DNA from: Centroscyllium fabricii
Taxonomy: Eukaryota
DNA length: 64,000 bases
NCBI GenBank assembly: GCA_051313645.2
Contig: JBNRSN020000006.1
Coordinates: forward strand, 175,894,001 to 175,958,000
Reading direction: 5' to 3'
Shown here: piece after piece, positions 51,866 to 62,589 of the stretch
Layout: each line of letters starts with the position of its first letter
Numbering within the stretch: the first letter of the stretch is position 1
The notes under the pieces: model-generated
The model's input: only the letters and a program-made list of their open reading frames with translations
Told to the model about the DNA's origin: nothing
Databases searched by the model: none
Position numbers and translations under genes: made by a program

Positions 51866-53278
51866 ATGGGAGCCATTTTCTTCCTTCCCTTCTTGGGATT
51901 GCATGATCTCTACCAGGAGCAGATGCGGCAACAGCAGCAGCCACACCAGGAGCCTGACGCTCCTGCGGACCCTCCGGGGGCAGCATGGGCCAGAAGGCAT
52001 TGGCGCATCGAAGGCCGTCGCCGCAGAAGATACCCCCCAAACAGGGTCTACAGAGTCCGAGCCACCTACCTCAACATGAGTGAGCGGCAGTGCCAAAGGC
52101 GACTCCGACTTTCCCGAGAGGCAGTCACAGACATCTGCGCCATGCTGCAGCAAGAGCTGGAGCCCAGGACACCAGGTAGCCATGCCTTACCAGTGGCCCT
52201 CAAAGTCACCACCGCACTCAACTTCTTTGCCTCGGGCTCATTCCAGGGATCAGAAGCCGACATCAGCGGAATCTCCCAGTCGGCCGCGCACTCCTGCATC
52301 ACCCAGGTAACCGATGCTCTCTTTGCCCGTGACCACAAGTTCATCCATTTTACCATGGATCGCGCAAGTGTGAGGGCCCGAGCGATAGCAATGGCACGTC
52401 TGGCAGGCTTCCCAAGGGTACAGGGCATCATTGACTGCACACATGTGGCCCTTAGGGCACCCAACGACAACCCAGTAGCTTTTCTCAACCGCAAAGGCTT
52501 CCATTCACTCAATGTTCAACTGGTGTGTGACCACAACAAGGAGATTTTGCATGTGTGTGCCAGGTACCCTGGCAGCTGCCATGACTCCTTTGTCCTGCGC
52601 CAATCAACCTTGTCTACGCCCTTCACACCGCCGGACCAGCTTCCGGGGTGGCTACTTGGAGACAAGGGCTATCCCCTCAGGACTTGGCTCATGACGTCGG
52701 TCAGGAGGCCAGCCAATGAGGCTGAGGAGAACTACAACTCCACACACATCTCCACCAGAAGCATTATAGAGCACACCATCAACTTGCTCAAGATGCGTTT
52801 CAGATGCTTGGACAGATCAGGTGGAACCCTGCAATACACCCCAGCCAGGGTCTCCAGAATGGTAGTGGTTTGCTGTCAACTTCACAACATGGCACAGCGC
52901 TGTGGCTTGCAACCTCCTGACCAAGACCTACCTCCTCGCATACCGCCCTCGGATGAGGAGGAGGAAGAGGAGGATGAGGACGGGGTTGCTGCCGCTCGAC
53001 CCCAGCCAGCGCCACCATTACGCGAGACTGTTGCTGGCCGGCAAGCAAGGATGGAGCTCATCCTTGCAAGATTTTCTCAGCCTACTCAAGCCAGCTTGTG
53101 CTACTCTCCTCATCCTAACAGCGCATCCTCACTGACACACTCCAAGCAGTTCCACAGCTCATACCTGCATGAGTCCCACTACTGTAACGACATCTGTGTG
53201 GGAGGGTGTGTGGGGGGGGGCGGGGGGGGGGGGGGGGGGTTGGGGGAGTGTGCTTCTGGGCCTGCCAAGTGCCTGTGA
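51866..53278 (+). CDS. HARBI1-like Harbinger transposase (open frame; ancestral stop probably near 53080)
   Basis: [55 protein letters not shown]. First in-frame ATG at 51866. Confidence 0.9.
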   Translation: MGAIFFLPFLGLHDLYQEQMRQQQQPHQEPDAPADPPGAAWARRHWRIEGRRRRRYPPNRVYRVRATYLNMSERQCQRRLRLSREAVTDICAMLQQELEPRTPGSHALPVALKVTTALNFFASGSFQGSEADISGISQSAAHSCITQVTDALFARDHKFIHFTMDRASVRARAIAMARLAGFPRVQGIIDCTHVALRAPNDNPVAFLNRKGFHSLNVQLVCDHNKEILHVCARYPGSCHDSFVLRQSTLSTPFTPPDQLPGWLLGDKGYPLRTWLMTSVRRPANEAEENYNSTHISTRSIIEHTINLLKMRFRCLDRSGGTLQYTPARVSRMVVVCCQLHNMAQRCGLQPPDQDLPPRIPPSDEEEEEEDEDGVAAARPQPAPPLRETVAGRQARMELILARFSQPTQASLCYSPHPNSASSLTHSKQFHSSYLHESHYCNDICVGGCVGGGGGGGGGLGECASGPAKCL

Positions 53279-55871
53279 CTGCTTTCTGCACTCGCGCATG
53301 CACCCACGCCCCTGACGCACCGCACATTTCTTTGATAATCATGGTCCCATCCAAACATCCATCCATCCATCACATGCAATAATGAGCACAGAAACAGTAA
53401 AGGTTGCAACTGCAACATGCTGTTTAGTAACGACATTAAGCAAATATGGCCACCTGCATGGTTGTTCAACTGATGACCAGCACTTATGAATCACTGCATT
53501 AATGATGTCCCAGGCATCTCAGCTGCAGACATGCAGGTTGAAACGGTCAAAATGTCATTATCAGCAATGCTGAACCTCAGCCAGTCCAGTTTTGAGCTTG
53601 CAACTTCATATCCATTGTCAATCATGTTCTCCCCCTCTCACGTGTTGCCCCTCTATTTTCAAGAGTGACACATATTCTGACAAACCATTGACTCTGCTGT
53701 GGGGGTCACAGTGAAATCGCAGTCCCTGATCAGCCAGTCGAAACGGCCATCCCCCTGGAGGTTGTCAAGGCCTTCATTTGAAAAACGGAGAAGAACATCA
53801 GCCATATATAGAAAGATTATGCAGGCGCTGTTGTTTTTTTTTATGCGGGTGGGGCTGATGTGTTTCAAAATGTCGTGGAGGTGCTTCAGGGCAGCGCACC
53901 CGGACATGAGGCAGGAGCTGTGGAGGGCGGGGAGGTTCAATGTCTGGTGGGTCTTCACCCACCTGATCTTGTTTGATGTGTGAGAGCTGAGGCATGCAGG
54001 CACCATGGCTCCTTGGCCATTCCATCAGGGTCAGGTGCTGTGAGGGGCCAGTTGCAGCCAGATGATGTTGGATGCGTGGGTACTTTGGCCAGTTGGCCCA
54101 TCTTTTCTTTGCCCACCTCCATCCTTTTAAAGTTTTGTTCGCGTTAAAGTTCAGCCCTGAGGCGTGTTTGCTGGTGTTGCGAAAGCATCAGGTGGTCTGT
54201 TCAGTTAACCTGGTCATCGTTTGGACCACACATCGTTCATACAGTCCCTCTGTTCGCTGGTGTGCATCACCATGAAGGTAGGCCGATTTCAAGGACCTTC
54301 ACTCTTAACCATTGAGCTGCAGTCTGTTATTGAACCTCATGCGTCTTGCTGTAAGTCCTTCTGCCATGTTGCGTCTGCATCCTATCATATCTGTGAGGCT
54401 TGCCCGATTGCTGTCCAGCCTGCATAAGGTTTCAATGTGGAAGGGCCATTCGCAAGACGTCAGACATGACAACTGCTGTCTGACCACTGCTTTGGAGACC
54501 TAAATGTCTGTTACACTAACACCCAAGTGACTCCTGTTGTGCCTAAGGGTGCTTAAGTTTTCTTTTGCGAGTGCTCTTACGTGGTGGTGGCCCTGTGGTG
54601 CCAGCAGATGTGGAGGCCCCCTGCTGAGTGCCCTGCTGCTCCTGTGTGGACACCTTTGGCGGTCGTCCTCTGGGGCGGCGAGCCTGTGGGGGCTCGCTAC
54701 CAGTCTGCTGCTCCTGCGGCTCGGCAGGGTATGAGACTTCCATCTCATGTGCATGGGGACTCCGGCGGGCCTCTGACCGAGGGCTCTGCAGTGGTGTGGA
54801 CATGGGAGCGCTTGGAGAGGAGCCCCCACTTCCTTCAGCTGCACCACCAACCTCCCTCTCATGGGTCACCTCCCCCTCAGTGCCAGCAAGTGGCTGGACA
54901 GCACCTTGCTGCACTTCAGGGGGGCCATGGGGACCCGTTTCTGCAGTGGAAGTCCTACTGAGAGGGACTTCCACGAAGGTCTGGTTCCTCTGCTCAATAG
55001 ATGCCACTCGCTGCTCAAGAGATGTGTATCTATTGTGGACAGTGCCCATGTCTTCGAAAGACTGGCGACTTATGTGCTTGATGGCCGTGGCCATCCTCTC
55101 CTCCACGGTCGCTATCCTTTCCATGGTGGTCGCTATCCTTTCCATGGTGGTTGCCATCCTTTCCATGGTGATGCGATCATGCGCCACTGACTCCGCAAGG
55201 TCGCTTCTCATGCTTGCGACAGACTCCTCCATTCGCATGACACTCGCAGCTACCTGGGAGACAAAACCTGTCAGACGCCTGCATCTGTGTCTGGAGTCCC
55301 ATCACATGTCCTCTGCCTGATGGATCCAAAGGCGCTGGGTCAACATGCAGCTCAGCCAAGCTGGCAGAGTCCTGCGCCCTCCGACTAGGACTCTGCAATG
55401 CTGTCCCTGTCTCCACAATCTGCTGAGGCTCACTTGTGTTGTCTGAATCACCCGGTGACAAGTCAGATGTATCTCTCGGGGGGGCCCACCGAGGTGCTAG
55501 TATCTGTGCTGGTGCCGGGTGGAGTCTGTGGTGCTGACGGTGCACCCTTAGAGGTGGCAGGTTCCTCTGAGGACTGAACAGGGGCAGCCTGGTCCTCAGC
55601 TCTGCTTGGCCGTCCAGCTGCGGATGGGCCTGTGGGGCAGAAAAGGCAGAGGTTAGAGATATGTCAGCAAGCTTACATACAGATAGCATTCAGGAGCTGA
55701 GTAGAGCTGCCTCTGCAGTGCTTTTACATTCATTGTGCCAGTCTCATGTCTTAGATGTTAGAGAAATAATTAAACCATGCTGTCACCAGCTCGAGATTGC
55801 ATGCCTGCCTCGCTGTCACCCACTCCCGGGGCTTGCCCCTCCCCAACGAGGTCTAGAACAGCCTCCTCCCA

Positions 55872-56087
55872 AGTGTGGAGGTGCCGCTGTTGGACTGGGG
55901 TGGACAATTGCAAGAAGTCGCACAACACCAGATTATAGTCCAACAGTTTTATTTTAAATCACAAGCTTTTGGAGCGTTCGCCCCTTCGTCAGGTGGAACC
56001 TGACGAAGGGGCGAACGCTCCGAAAGCTTGTGATTTAAAATAAAACTGTTGGACTATAATCTGGTGTTGTGTGACTTCTTGCAATTG
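55872..56087. mobile_element. Inverted-duplicated Penelope-type terminal repeat with hammerhead motifs
   Basis: Absent from copy A. Flanked by TCCTCCCA duplication. Arms 55902-55994 and 55998-56090. Confidence 0.85.
55998..56033 (+). ncRNA. Minimal hammerhead ribozyme motif (stem I truncated)
   Basis: AC-CUGACGA-A-GGGGCG(AA)CGCUCC-GAAA-GC-UU-GU. Confidence 0.65.
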
Positions 56088-57631
56088 TCCTCCCAGGTGG
56101 TGAGCTGCTGGATGGTGAGGGGCCCTCCTCCGGTCCCGGCGCTGTGCCGCTTGTTGGCGGCTGTCTTTTCCTGCAATGAGGGAGAGAAGTGGAGGTTGAG
56201 TGAGAAGGAAGGAGTTGGTGCAGCGAGTGACCAGCAAAGTTTGTTGTAGGGTGACAAAGATGCAGTGAGCCTGCAAGACCAAAGGCTCTCCCTGTGTGGT
56301 GCCAGATGTGCAGCAAGCATGAGAGTGAGAGGGAGTGTGAGGGCTGAATGGAGGGAAAGGACCGTGAGTGTGAGCATAGATAGAGAGGGAATGGGTAAGG
56401 TTGCTTGGATGTGATGGGCAAGTGGGATGTGCAGGAAGGGAATGGTGAAGATAAGTTGTGGTGATGGGGATGAGATTGAGGGTGAGGGGAAATGAATACT
56501 TACTTTCGCAGTGCGATGAAGGTCATGCAATGTCTTGCGACACTGGAGCCAGGACCGGGGTGTTGTGCCCAAGGAGCTGACCCCCTCAGCCACCTGCTGC
56601 CATGCAGCCTTGGTCTGTGAGGGAGCTCTCTTCCTCCCTGAGGAGGGGAAAAGAACCTCCCTATGGGTCGTTGCCCCCTCGAGCAATGTCTCCAGGGAGA
56701 CATCATCAAATTTGGGGGCGGGTCGTCTCCTCGTGCTGCCCGATGCAGCACCCTCACGCTCTGCCATCCTACTGAAGGTAGTAGAACGCTGAGCAGTGCG
56801 GGAGGCGAGCTGTGCTTATTAAAAGAAACCCGAATCCTGACGTCATATTGTGCAACTTTCTGACTGGAAATCGGTGATTGAGAAGGCTTCCCACAGGCGG
56901 GGAATTAATTGGGTACTTAGACTAAAATCTCGTGGGAAACAGGCACTTAATCGGGCGGGACAAAAACCCGCCCCGACCAATCCCCGCCAGTTCCCCGCCA
57001 TTCGGGGAAAATTCCGGCCCTGATCTCTGCCCCTGATCCAGCCAGAATATCCAGGGTCAGGGTGGGGTCACTAAATTGTTTGAATACTGTCAGCAGGCAT
57101 CCATGCTACTATGGGCTCTTCTTGGGTGCCCAGCAAAGGAGGGAAACTGGTTGTCAGATGTCCACACTGCGAACCCCCCGCCACACCCCCCCACCACCAC
57201 CAAATGTTGGCAGACAGGTAGATCAACTCCCTTCATTGGAGAGCTGCTGAACCAATCAGACACAATTTCCAGGGTCTTCCAAGCCAGTGGGCTCTGTTTC
57301 CACTGGTTAGCTGAACTGGACACTGCGATCAGCTATTTGAATCTTTCCGCGGGCCAACTGAAACACTCTCGTGAGACGAGGCCAGATTTGAATTATTAAG
57401 CTGCTTTATTTTACAGACACCAAATAAATATACAAAGCGACATAAGTAATCAAATCTCACCTTGATTCAAACTCAACGCGAGAACATGAAACTATACTGC
57501 ACTGTTCTTATTAGCAGGCATGCTTAACTTTTCCTGGTCAGCCTTTCTGGTTCTGTCTGACTCTGGGCTTGAAAGGAATTTTATAAGTTTCAATGAGATC
57601 CCCTCTCATTTTTCTAAACTCCAGCGAGTAT

Positions 57632-57897
57632 TGTGATGAAATATGTATGTTCATCAGACTGTGCTTTTCACCTGGACTTGCCTGTGCTAGGAATGTATGG
57701 AATGTATGTACCGACCACCTTTGTCTATTGTATATGTCGGGCTCTGTCCTTGTCTTTTGTTATATGGAGGACTCCAGAGCGGCTTGAGCCATTCGACCTG
57801 GAGAACTCAGTGTGGGAACATGCATCACAGTTCTTAGTTATTAAAAGCCTACCTTTAAGTCCTTAAACCTCTCGCTTCGATTATTGATGGCCTATCA
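57632..57897 (+). repeat. 5' LTR
   Basis: TGTGATG...CCTATCA, repeat of 61518-61783 with scattered differences. Confidence 0.93.
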
Positions 57898-57920
57898 ATT
57901 TTAATAACTAAAACATCGAC

Positions 57921-60900
57921 ATGGATCGGCTGCTGATACTAGAGCGCTTAGATTTAGACTCCCACGCCTCTGATGCTGCCATACAGTTTGAACACTGGTT
58001 ACAGTGCTTTGAATTTTTTCTGGAAACCTCCGCCGGCACGATAGCATCGGCGACCGCCACAGGGACGTGAAACTGGGTATCCTACGGAATCGGGTGAGCC
58101 ATCGGGTCTCAACCCTCATTAAGGATGCCCCCAGCTATGAAGATGCCTGCACCACCCTGAAGGCCCACTACGTGCGGCCAGTGAACGAGGTATACGCCAG
58201 ACATCTAACTACCCGCAAGCAGCGGACTGGTGAGTCACTGGAGGATTTTATGTTGCACCTAAAAGTACTGGGCAGAGACTGTAATTGCAAGGCTGTGTCT
58301 GCCACCGTGCACACAGAGGAGCTGATCCGTAACGCCTTCATCACAGGCCTCAGCTCGAATTACATTAGGCAGAGGCTGTTTGAGAAAGAGAAGCTGGATT
58401 TAAAGCAAGCAATGGACATAGCGCGATCGCTAGATATGGCCCAGAGGAACGCCGAGTCTTACTCCTCAGGCCACGCGGCCCACCCCGCCTCGTGCGCACC
58501 ATGGGGGCAGCCATCTTGGCAGCCATCTTCGCCTCCTGGTTTTCAGGCCAGCGCAGCATCATCGGAGCCCCAGCCTCCACCCAGGAGCCCCACTACTGCC
58601 GCGATGCATCGGGGCCTGAAATGTTACTTCTGCGGTCAGGACAGGCACTCGAAGCTTTTGTGCCCAGCGAAAGGCACCACCTGTTTCAGATGCGGGAAGA
58701 AAGGGCACTTCGGCAAGGTCTGCAGAGGGAACCCCACCTCCAGCTCCTCCACTGCCGCGTGCGTGCCTTGGGGGCAGCCATCTTGGACGCCATCTTGTCC
58801 CAACTCCACGGACCCCCAGGACCCAATGGTGGCTACGATTATGGTGGACCAGTCCAGGCCACACCCACTGTTGAAATCGATGATGGACATAAGAGTCAAC
58901 GGTAACAATGTTAAATGCCTAATTGACTGCGGGAGCACCGAAAGCTTCATCCACCCCAGTCTGGTGAAGAAACTCTCACTAACAGTAGTCCCTACACAGG
59001 GCAAAATCACCATGGCGGATAAAACACACACCTCACATTACGGGCTTCTGCATGGTTATGTTGTCAGTCAAGGGCAACGATTATAAAGATTTTAAACTAC
59101 TGGTAATGCCAGACCTGTGTGTGAGTTTGATCTTGGGTCTGGATTTTCAGTGCCACCACCAAAGTATCACGCTCACCTTCAGTGGGTCCCAGCCGCCCCT
59201 CACAGTGTGCGGTCCGGCTACCCTGAAGGTCAAGCCGCCCTCCCTGTTCGCCAATCTCGCTCCGAACTGTCGCCCCATAGCGACCAAGAGCAGGCGGTAC
59301 AGCCGGGAGGACAGACGGTTCATTGCGGCGGAAGTTGAAAGACTACGGCGGGAGGGTATCATTGAATGCAGTACCAGCCCATGGCACGCCCAGGTGGTAG
59401 TAGTCAAGGGGAGCGAAACGAAGCGGATGGTGATAGATTATAGCCAGACGATTAACCTATACACCCAGCTGGATGCCTATCCCCCGCCCCGCATATCAGA
59501 TATGGTCAACAAAATTGCCCAATACCGGGTGTTTTCCACCATTGACCTGAAATCGGCATACCACCAGCTCCCCATTAGGCCGGAGGATCGTCCATATACT
59601 GCCTTTGAGGCGAACGGACGCCTCTACCACTTCCTCAGAGTCCCCTTCGGGGTAACGAATGGGTTCTCGGTCTTCCAGAGGGAGATGGACCGCATGGTCG
59701 ACGAGAACCAGTTAGCAGCCACTTTCCCATACCTTAACAACGTCACCATCTGCGGCCACAACCAACAAGACCACGACTTGAACCTCGCAAGGTTCATGAA
59801 AACCGCCCACAGGCTCAACCTCACCTATAAAAAGGATAAGTGCGTTTTTAATACCACGCGCCTCTGCATTCTGGGCTGCGTGGTGGAAAACGGGTTAATC
59901 GGTCCGGACCCCGACTGATTGCCCACCCTACGGGAGCGCCCCCTGCCAAGCACCCCTCTGAAAAGGTGCCTGGGGTTCTTCTCCTACTACGCCCAGTGGG
60001 TCCCCAATTACGCCGACTAGGCCCGCCCCCTCCTGAAATCAATATCCTTCCCGCTCACGGCCGGGACCCACGCTGCCTTCAACAGTATCAAGTGTGATAT
60101 TGAGAGGGCCGCGCTGCGGGCAGTAGACCAAGACGTCCCTTTCCAGGTGGAAAGCGACGCGTCTGACCTGGCCCTAGCAGCCACCCTCAATCAGGGTGGG
60201 CGGCCCGTGGTCTTTTTCTCAAGAACCCTCCAAGGGCCTGAGACCAGGCACTCTTCGGTAGAGAAAGAGGCCCAGGGTATAGTGGAGGCAGTGCAGCACT
60301 GGAGGCACTACCTAGCCGGGAAACACTTCACCCTGCTTACCGACCAGCGGTCGGTAGCCTTCATGTTTAATAATAAACAGAGGGGGAAGATCAAAAATGA
60401 CAAAATCCTCAGGTGGCAGATCGAACTCTCTACGTTCGAGTATGAGATATATATATATAGGCTGGGGGCCCTCAACGAATCTCCCGACGCCCTATCACGA
60501 GGGATGTGTGCCAGCATCCAGGGAGACAAGCTACAGGCCCTCCACAACGACCTCTGCCACCCGCGAGTCACCCGGCTATTCCACCTGATAAAAACCCGTA
60601 ACCTGCCCTACTCCATTGAAGAGGTCCGGTCCATGACCAGGAACTGCCGCATCTGCGCGGAGTGCAAGCCCCGATTTTACAGGCCCGACCGAGCCCACCT
60701 GATCAAAGCTACACGGCCATTTGAGCGCCTAAGCTTAGACTTCAAGGGACTCCACCCCTCCACCAATTGCAATGTGTACTTCCTCAATATCGTGGATGAG
60801 TACTCCCGCTTCCCATTCGCCTACCCCTGCCCAGACATGACCAGTGCCACGGTCATCAAGTGCCTCGGCAGCCTGTTTTGTATGTTCGGCATGCCAAACT

Positions 60901-61500
60901 ACATCCACTCTGACAGAGGGGCGTCGTTTATGAGCTACGAGCTGTGACAATACCTGCTGTCAAAAGGGATAGCCACGAGTCGGACCACGAGTTATAACCC
61001 CCGGTGTAATGGGCAAGTGGCGAGGGAGAATGCGACCTTAGCATTAAGTCCAGAGACCTCCCTATCTCCCACTGGCAGGAGGTACTCCTGGATGTACTCC
61101 ACTCGATCAGGTCGCTCCTCACGAGATGATGTTTGCGTTTCCCCGCAAATCAACTTCAGGGGTGTCCCTACCCTCGTGGCTCTCCACCCCAGGATCTGTC
61201 CTACTACGGCAGCATGTGAGAGGCCACAAAACGGACCCCCTGGTAGAGGCAGTACAACTACTGCACGCGAACCCACAGTACGCGTACGTCAGGCACGCCG
61301 ACGGGCATGAGAACACTGTGTCCATAAAGGTCCTAGCCCCGGCGGGAGATGATGGCATCTCGCCCGCACCACCCTCAGAAGTACCTGCCACACCCCCAGC
61401 ACATGGGTATGCCCAGTAGGGCACCACAGCCACCTGGCCTGAACCCGAGGTACTGTTGCGCTGATCGGGGTGGACTATCACCCCCCTGGTCAGACTCAAT
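57921..61500 (+). pseudogene. gag-pol (frameshifts and stops)
   Basis: MDRLLILERLDLD.. Gag; CYFCG..H..C and CFRCGKKGHFGKVC; LIDCGS protease; RT DLKSAYHQ..PFG..YLNN; RH ESDAS; IN HHCC, DFKG, SDRG. Confidence 0.9.
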
Positions 61501-61517
61501 TTTTAAGAAGGGGTGAA

Positions 61518-61783
61518 TGTGATTAAATATGTATGTTCATCAGACTGTGCTTTTCACCTGGACTTGCCTGTGCTAGGAATGTGTGGAATGTATGTACCGC
61601 CCAACTTTGTCTATTGTATATGTCGGGCACCGCCCTTGTCTTTTGTTATACGGAGGACTCCAGAGCGGCTTGAGCCATTCAACCTGGAGAATGCAGTGTG
61701 GGAACATGCACCATAGTTCTTAGTTATTAAAAGCCTACATTTAAGTCCATAAACCTCTCACTTGGATTATTGATGGCCTATCA
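61518..61783 (+). repeat. 3' LTR
   Basis: Follows the PPT and is followed by TSD AGTAT. Confidence 0.93.
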
Positions 61784-62105
61784 AGTATAAGCCCAATTGA
61801 CCCAATCTCTCCTCATATGTCATTCCTGCCATCCCAGGTGTCAGCCTGGTGATTCTTCACTGCACTCCTTCCATGGCAAGAACATCCTTCCGCACTTTTG
61901 GTTTGTGACTTTTTCTTTTTTTCTCTCTCTTTCCCCCCCCCCCCCAACATGGTAGCTATCTTTCACTCTGCCAGCGTATTTCACACTTCATTGTTTGTTT
62001 GCCTGTCCTATTCTATCTCTTCTAACCTTGAATATCTTCTTTCATCCCCGCCCCTATGTCCCAGCCCCCACATGTCCTTTTGTTTCACTTCCTGCCTTCT
62101 CTCCC

Positions 62106-62205
62106 AGTTCTGTTTGAGGGGTTTCAATCCGAAACGTTAACTTTGTTTCTCTCTCCACCGATGCTGCCTGGCCTGCTGAATTTTTCCAGCGTTTTCTGTT
62201 ATCTT
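62106..62205 (+). mobile_element. Penelope-type repeat fragment with degenerate hammerhead (62106-62142)
   Basis: AGUU-CUGUUUGA-GGGGUUUCAAUCC-GAAA-CG-UU-AACU, homologous to the reverse complement of 32830-32917. Confidence 0.6.
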
Positions 62206-62524
62206 GAAACGAATGAGTTTCCCCTCACCAGGTCAAGTTTCCTTCCAAGGTTAACCTGGCTGACACATCAATCATGTGCCCTTTGTCCCTTTCTCTATGC
62301 AACCAGCCAGTGGGAGAGTTGTCCCTCTGACTCTGTCCCTGCTCAATGATTCTCTACTAGGACTTTCAATTAAACCGGCTACCTTACCTCTCTCCTTTCT
62401 TGCGGTGTAGGTTTAAAGAAAAACATCTCCATGATATTTTGAAAATGAATAAGGGAGCTATTCTGGCTAAATGGACCGTGAATGAAACAATTTGACCTTC
62501 ATTGTATCAGTCTGAAATAGACTG

Positions 62525-62589
62525 TAAGAAATCACACAACACCAGGATATAGTCCAGCAGTTTTATTTGAAATGACAAGCTTTCGGAGC
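62525..62589 (-). mobile_element. Penelope-type repeat fragment, cut within its hammerhead by an LTR insertion
   Basis: CACACAACACCAGGATATAGTCCAGCAGTTTTATTT..ACAAGCTTTCGGAGC matches 55919-55975. Confidence 0.75.

Larger units (their letters stand above)
54543..56767 (-). pseudogene. Harbinger Myb/SANT gene, 3 exons (56767-56504, 56170-55787, 55629-54543), disrupted
   Basis: Exon 1 trihelix is intact. Exon 2 is interrupted by a 216-bp insertion. Exon 3 is frameshifted and ends in basic RKSTRKRKLKHP. Confidence 0.82.
51344..57020 (+). mobile_element. PIF/Harbinger transposon, copy B, full length
   Basis: Imperfect TIRs GTGGGGGAATTTTC / GAAAATTCCGGCCC. Flanks TGT/TGA. Transposase (+) and Myb gene (-) are convergent. 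Confidence 0.9.
57632..61783 (+). mobile_element. Gypsy LTR retrotransposon, Mag-like, full length, degenerate, inserted in a minus-strand CR1 fragment
   Basis: 266-bp LTRs, TSD AGTAT, PPT AAGAAGGGGTGAA, twin CCHC Gag knuckles. Flanks rejoin as CR1 (CTCCAGCGAGTAT|AAGCCCAA). Confidence 0.94.

Noticed and set aside
51866-53080. Host HARBI1 gene
   Set aside because: It lies within TIRs beside a Myb partner, and a second copy of the element is present, so it is a transposon gene rather than the domesticated locus.
53081-53278. C-terminal extension of the transposase with poly-Gly
   Set aside because: Probably read-through of a lost stop (ARFS-CAG) into the 3' UTR and a G homopolymer.
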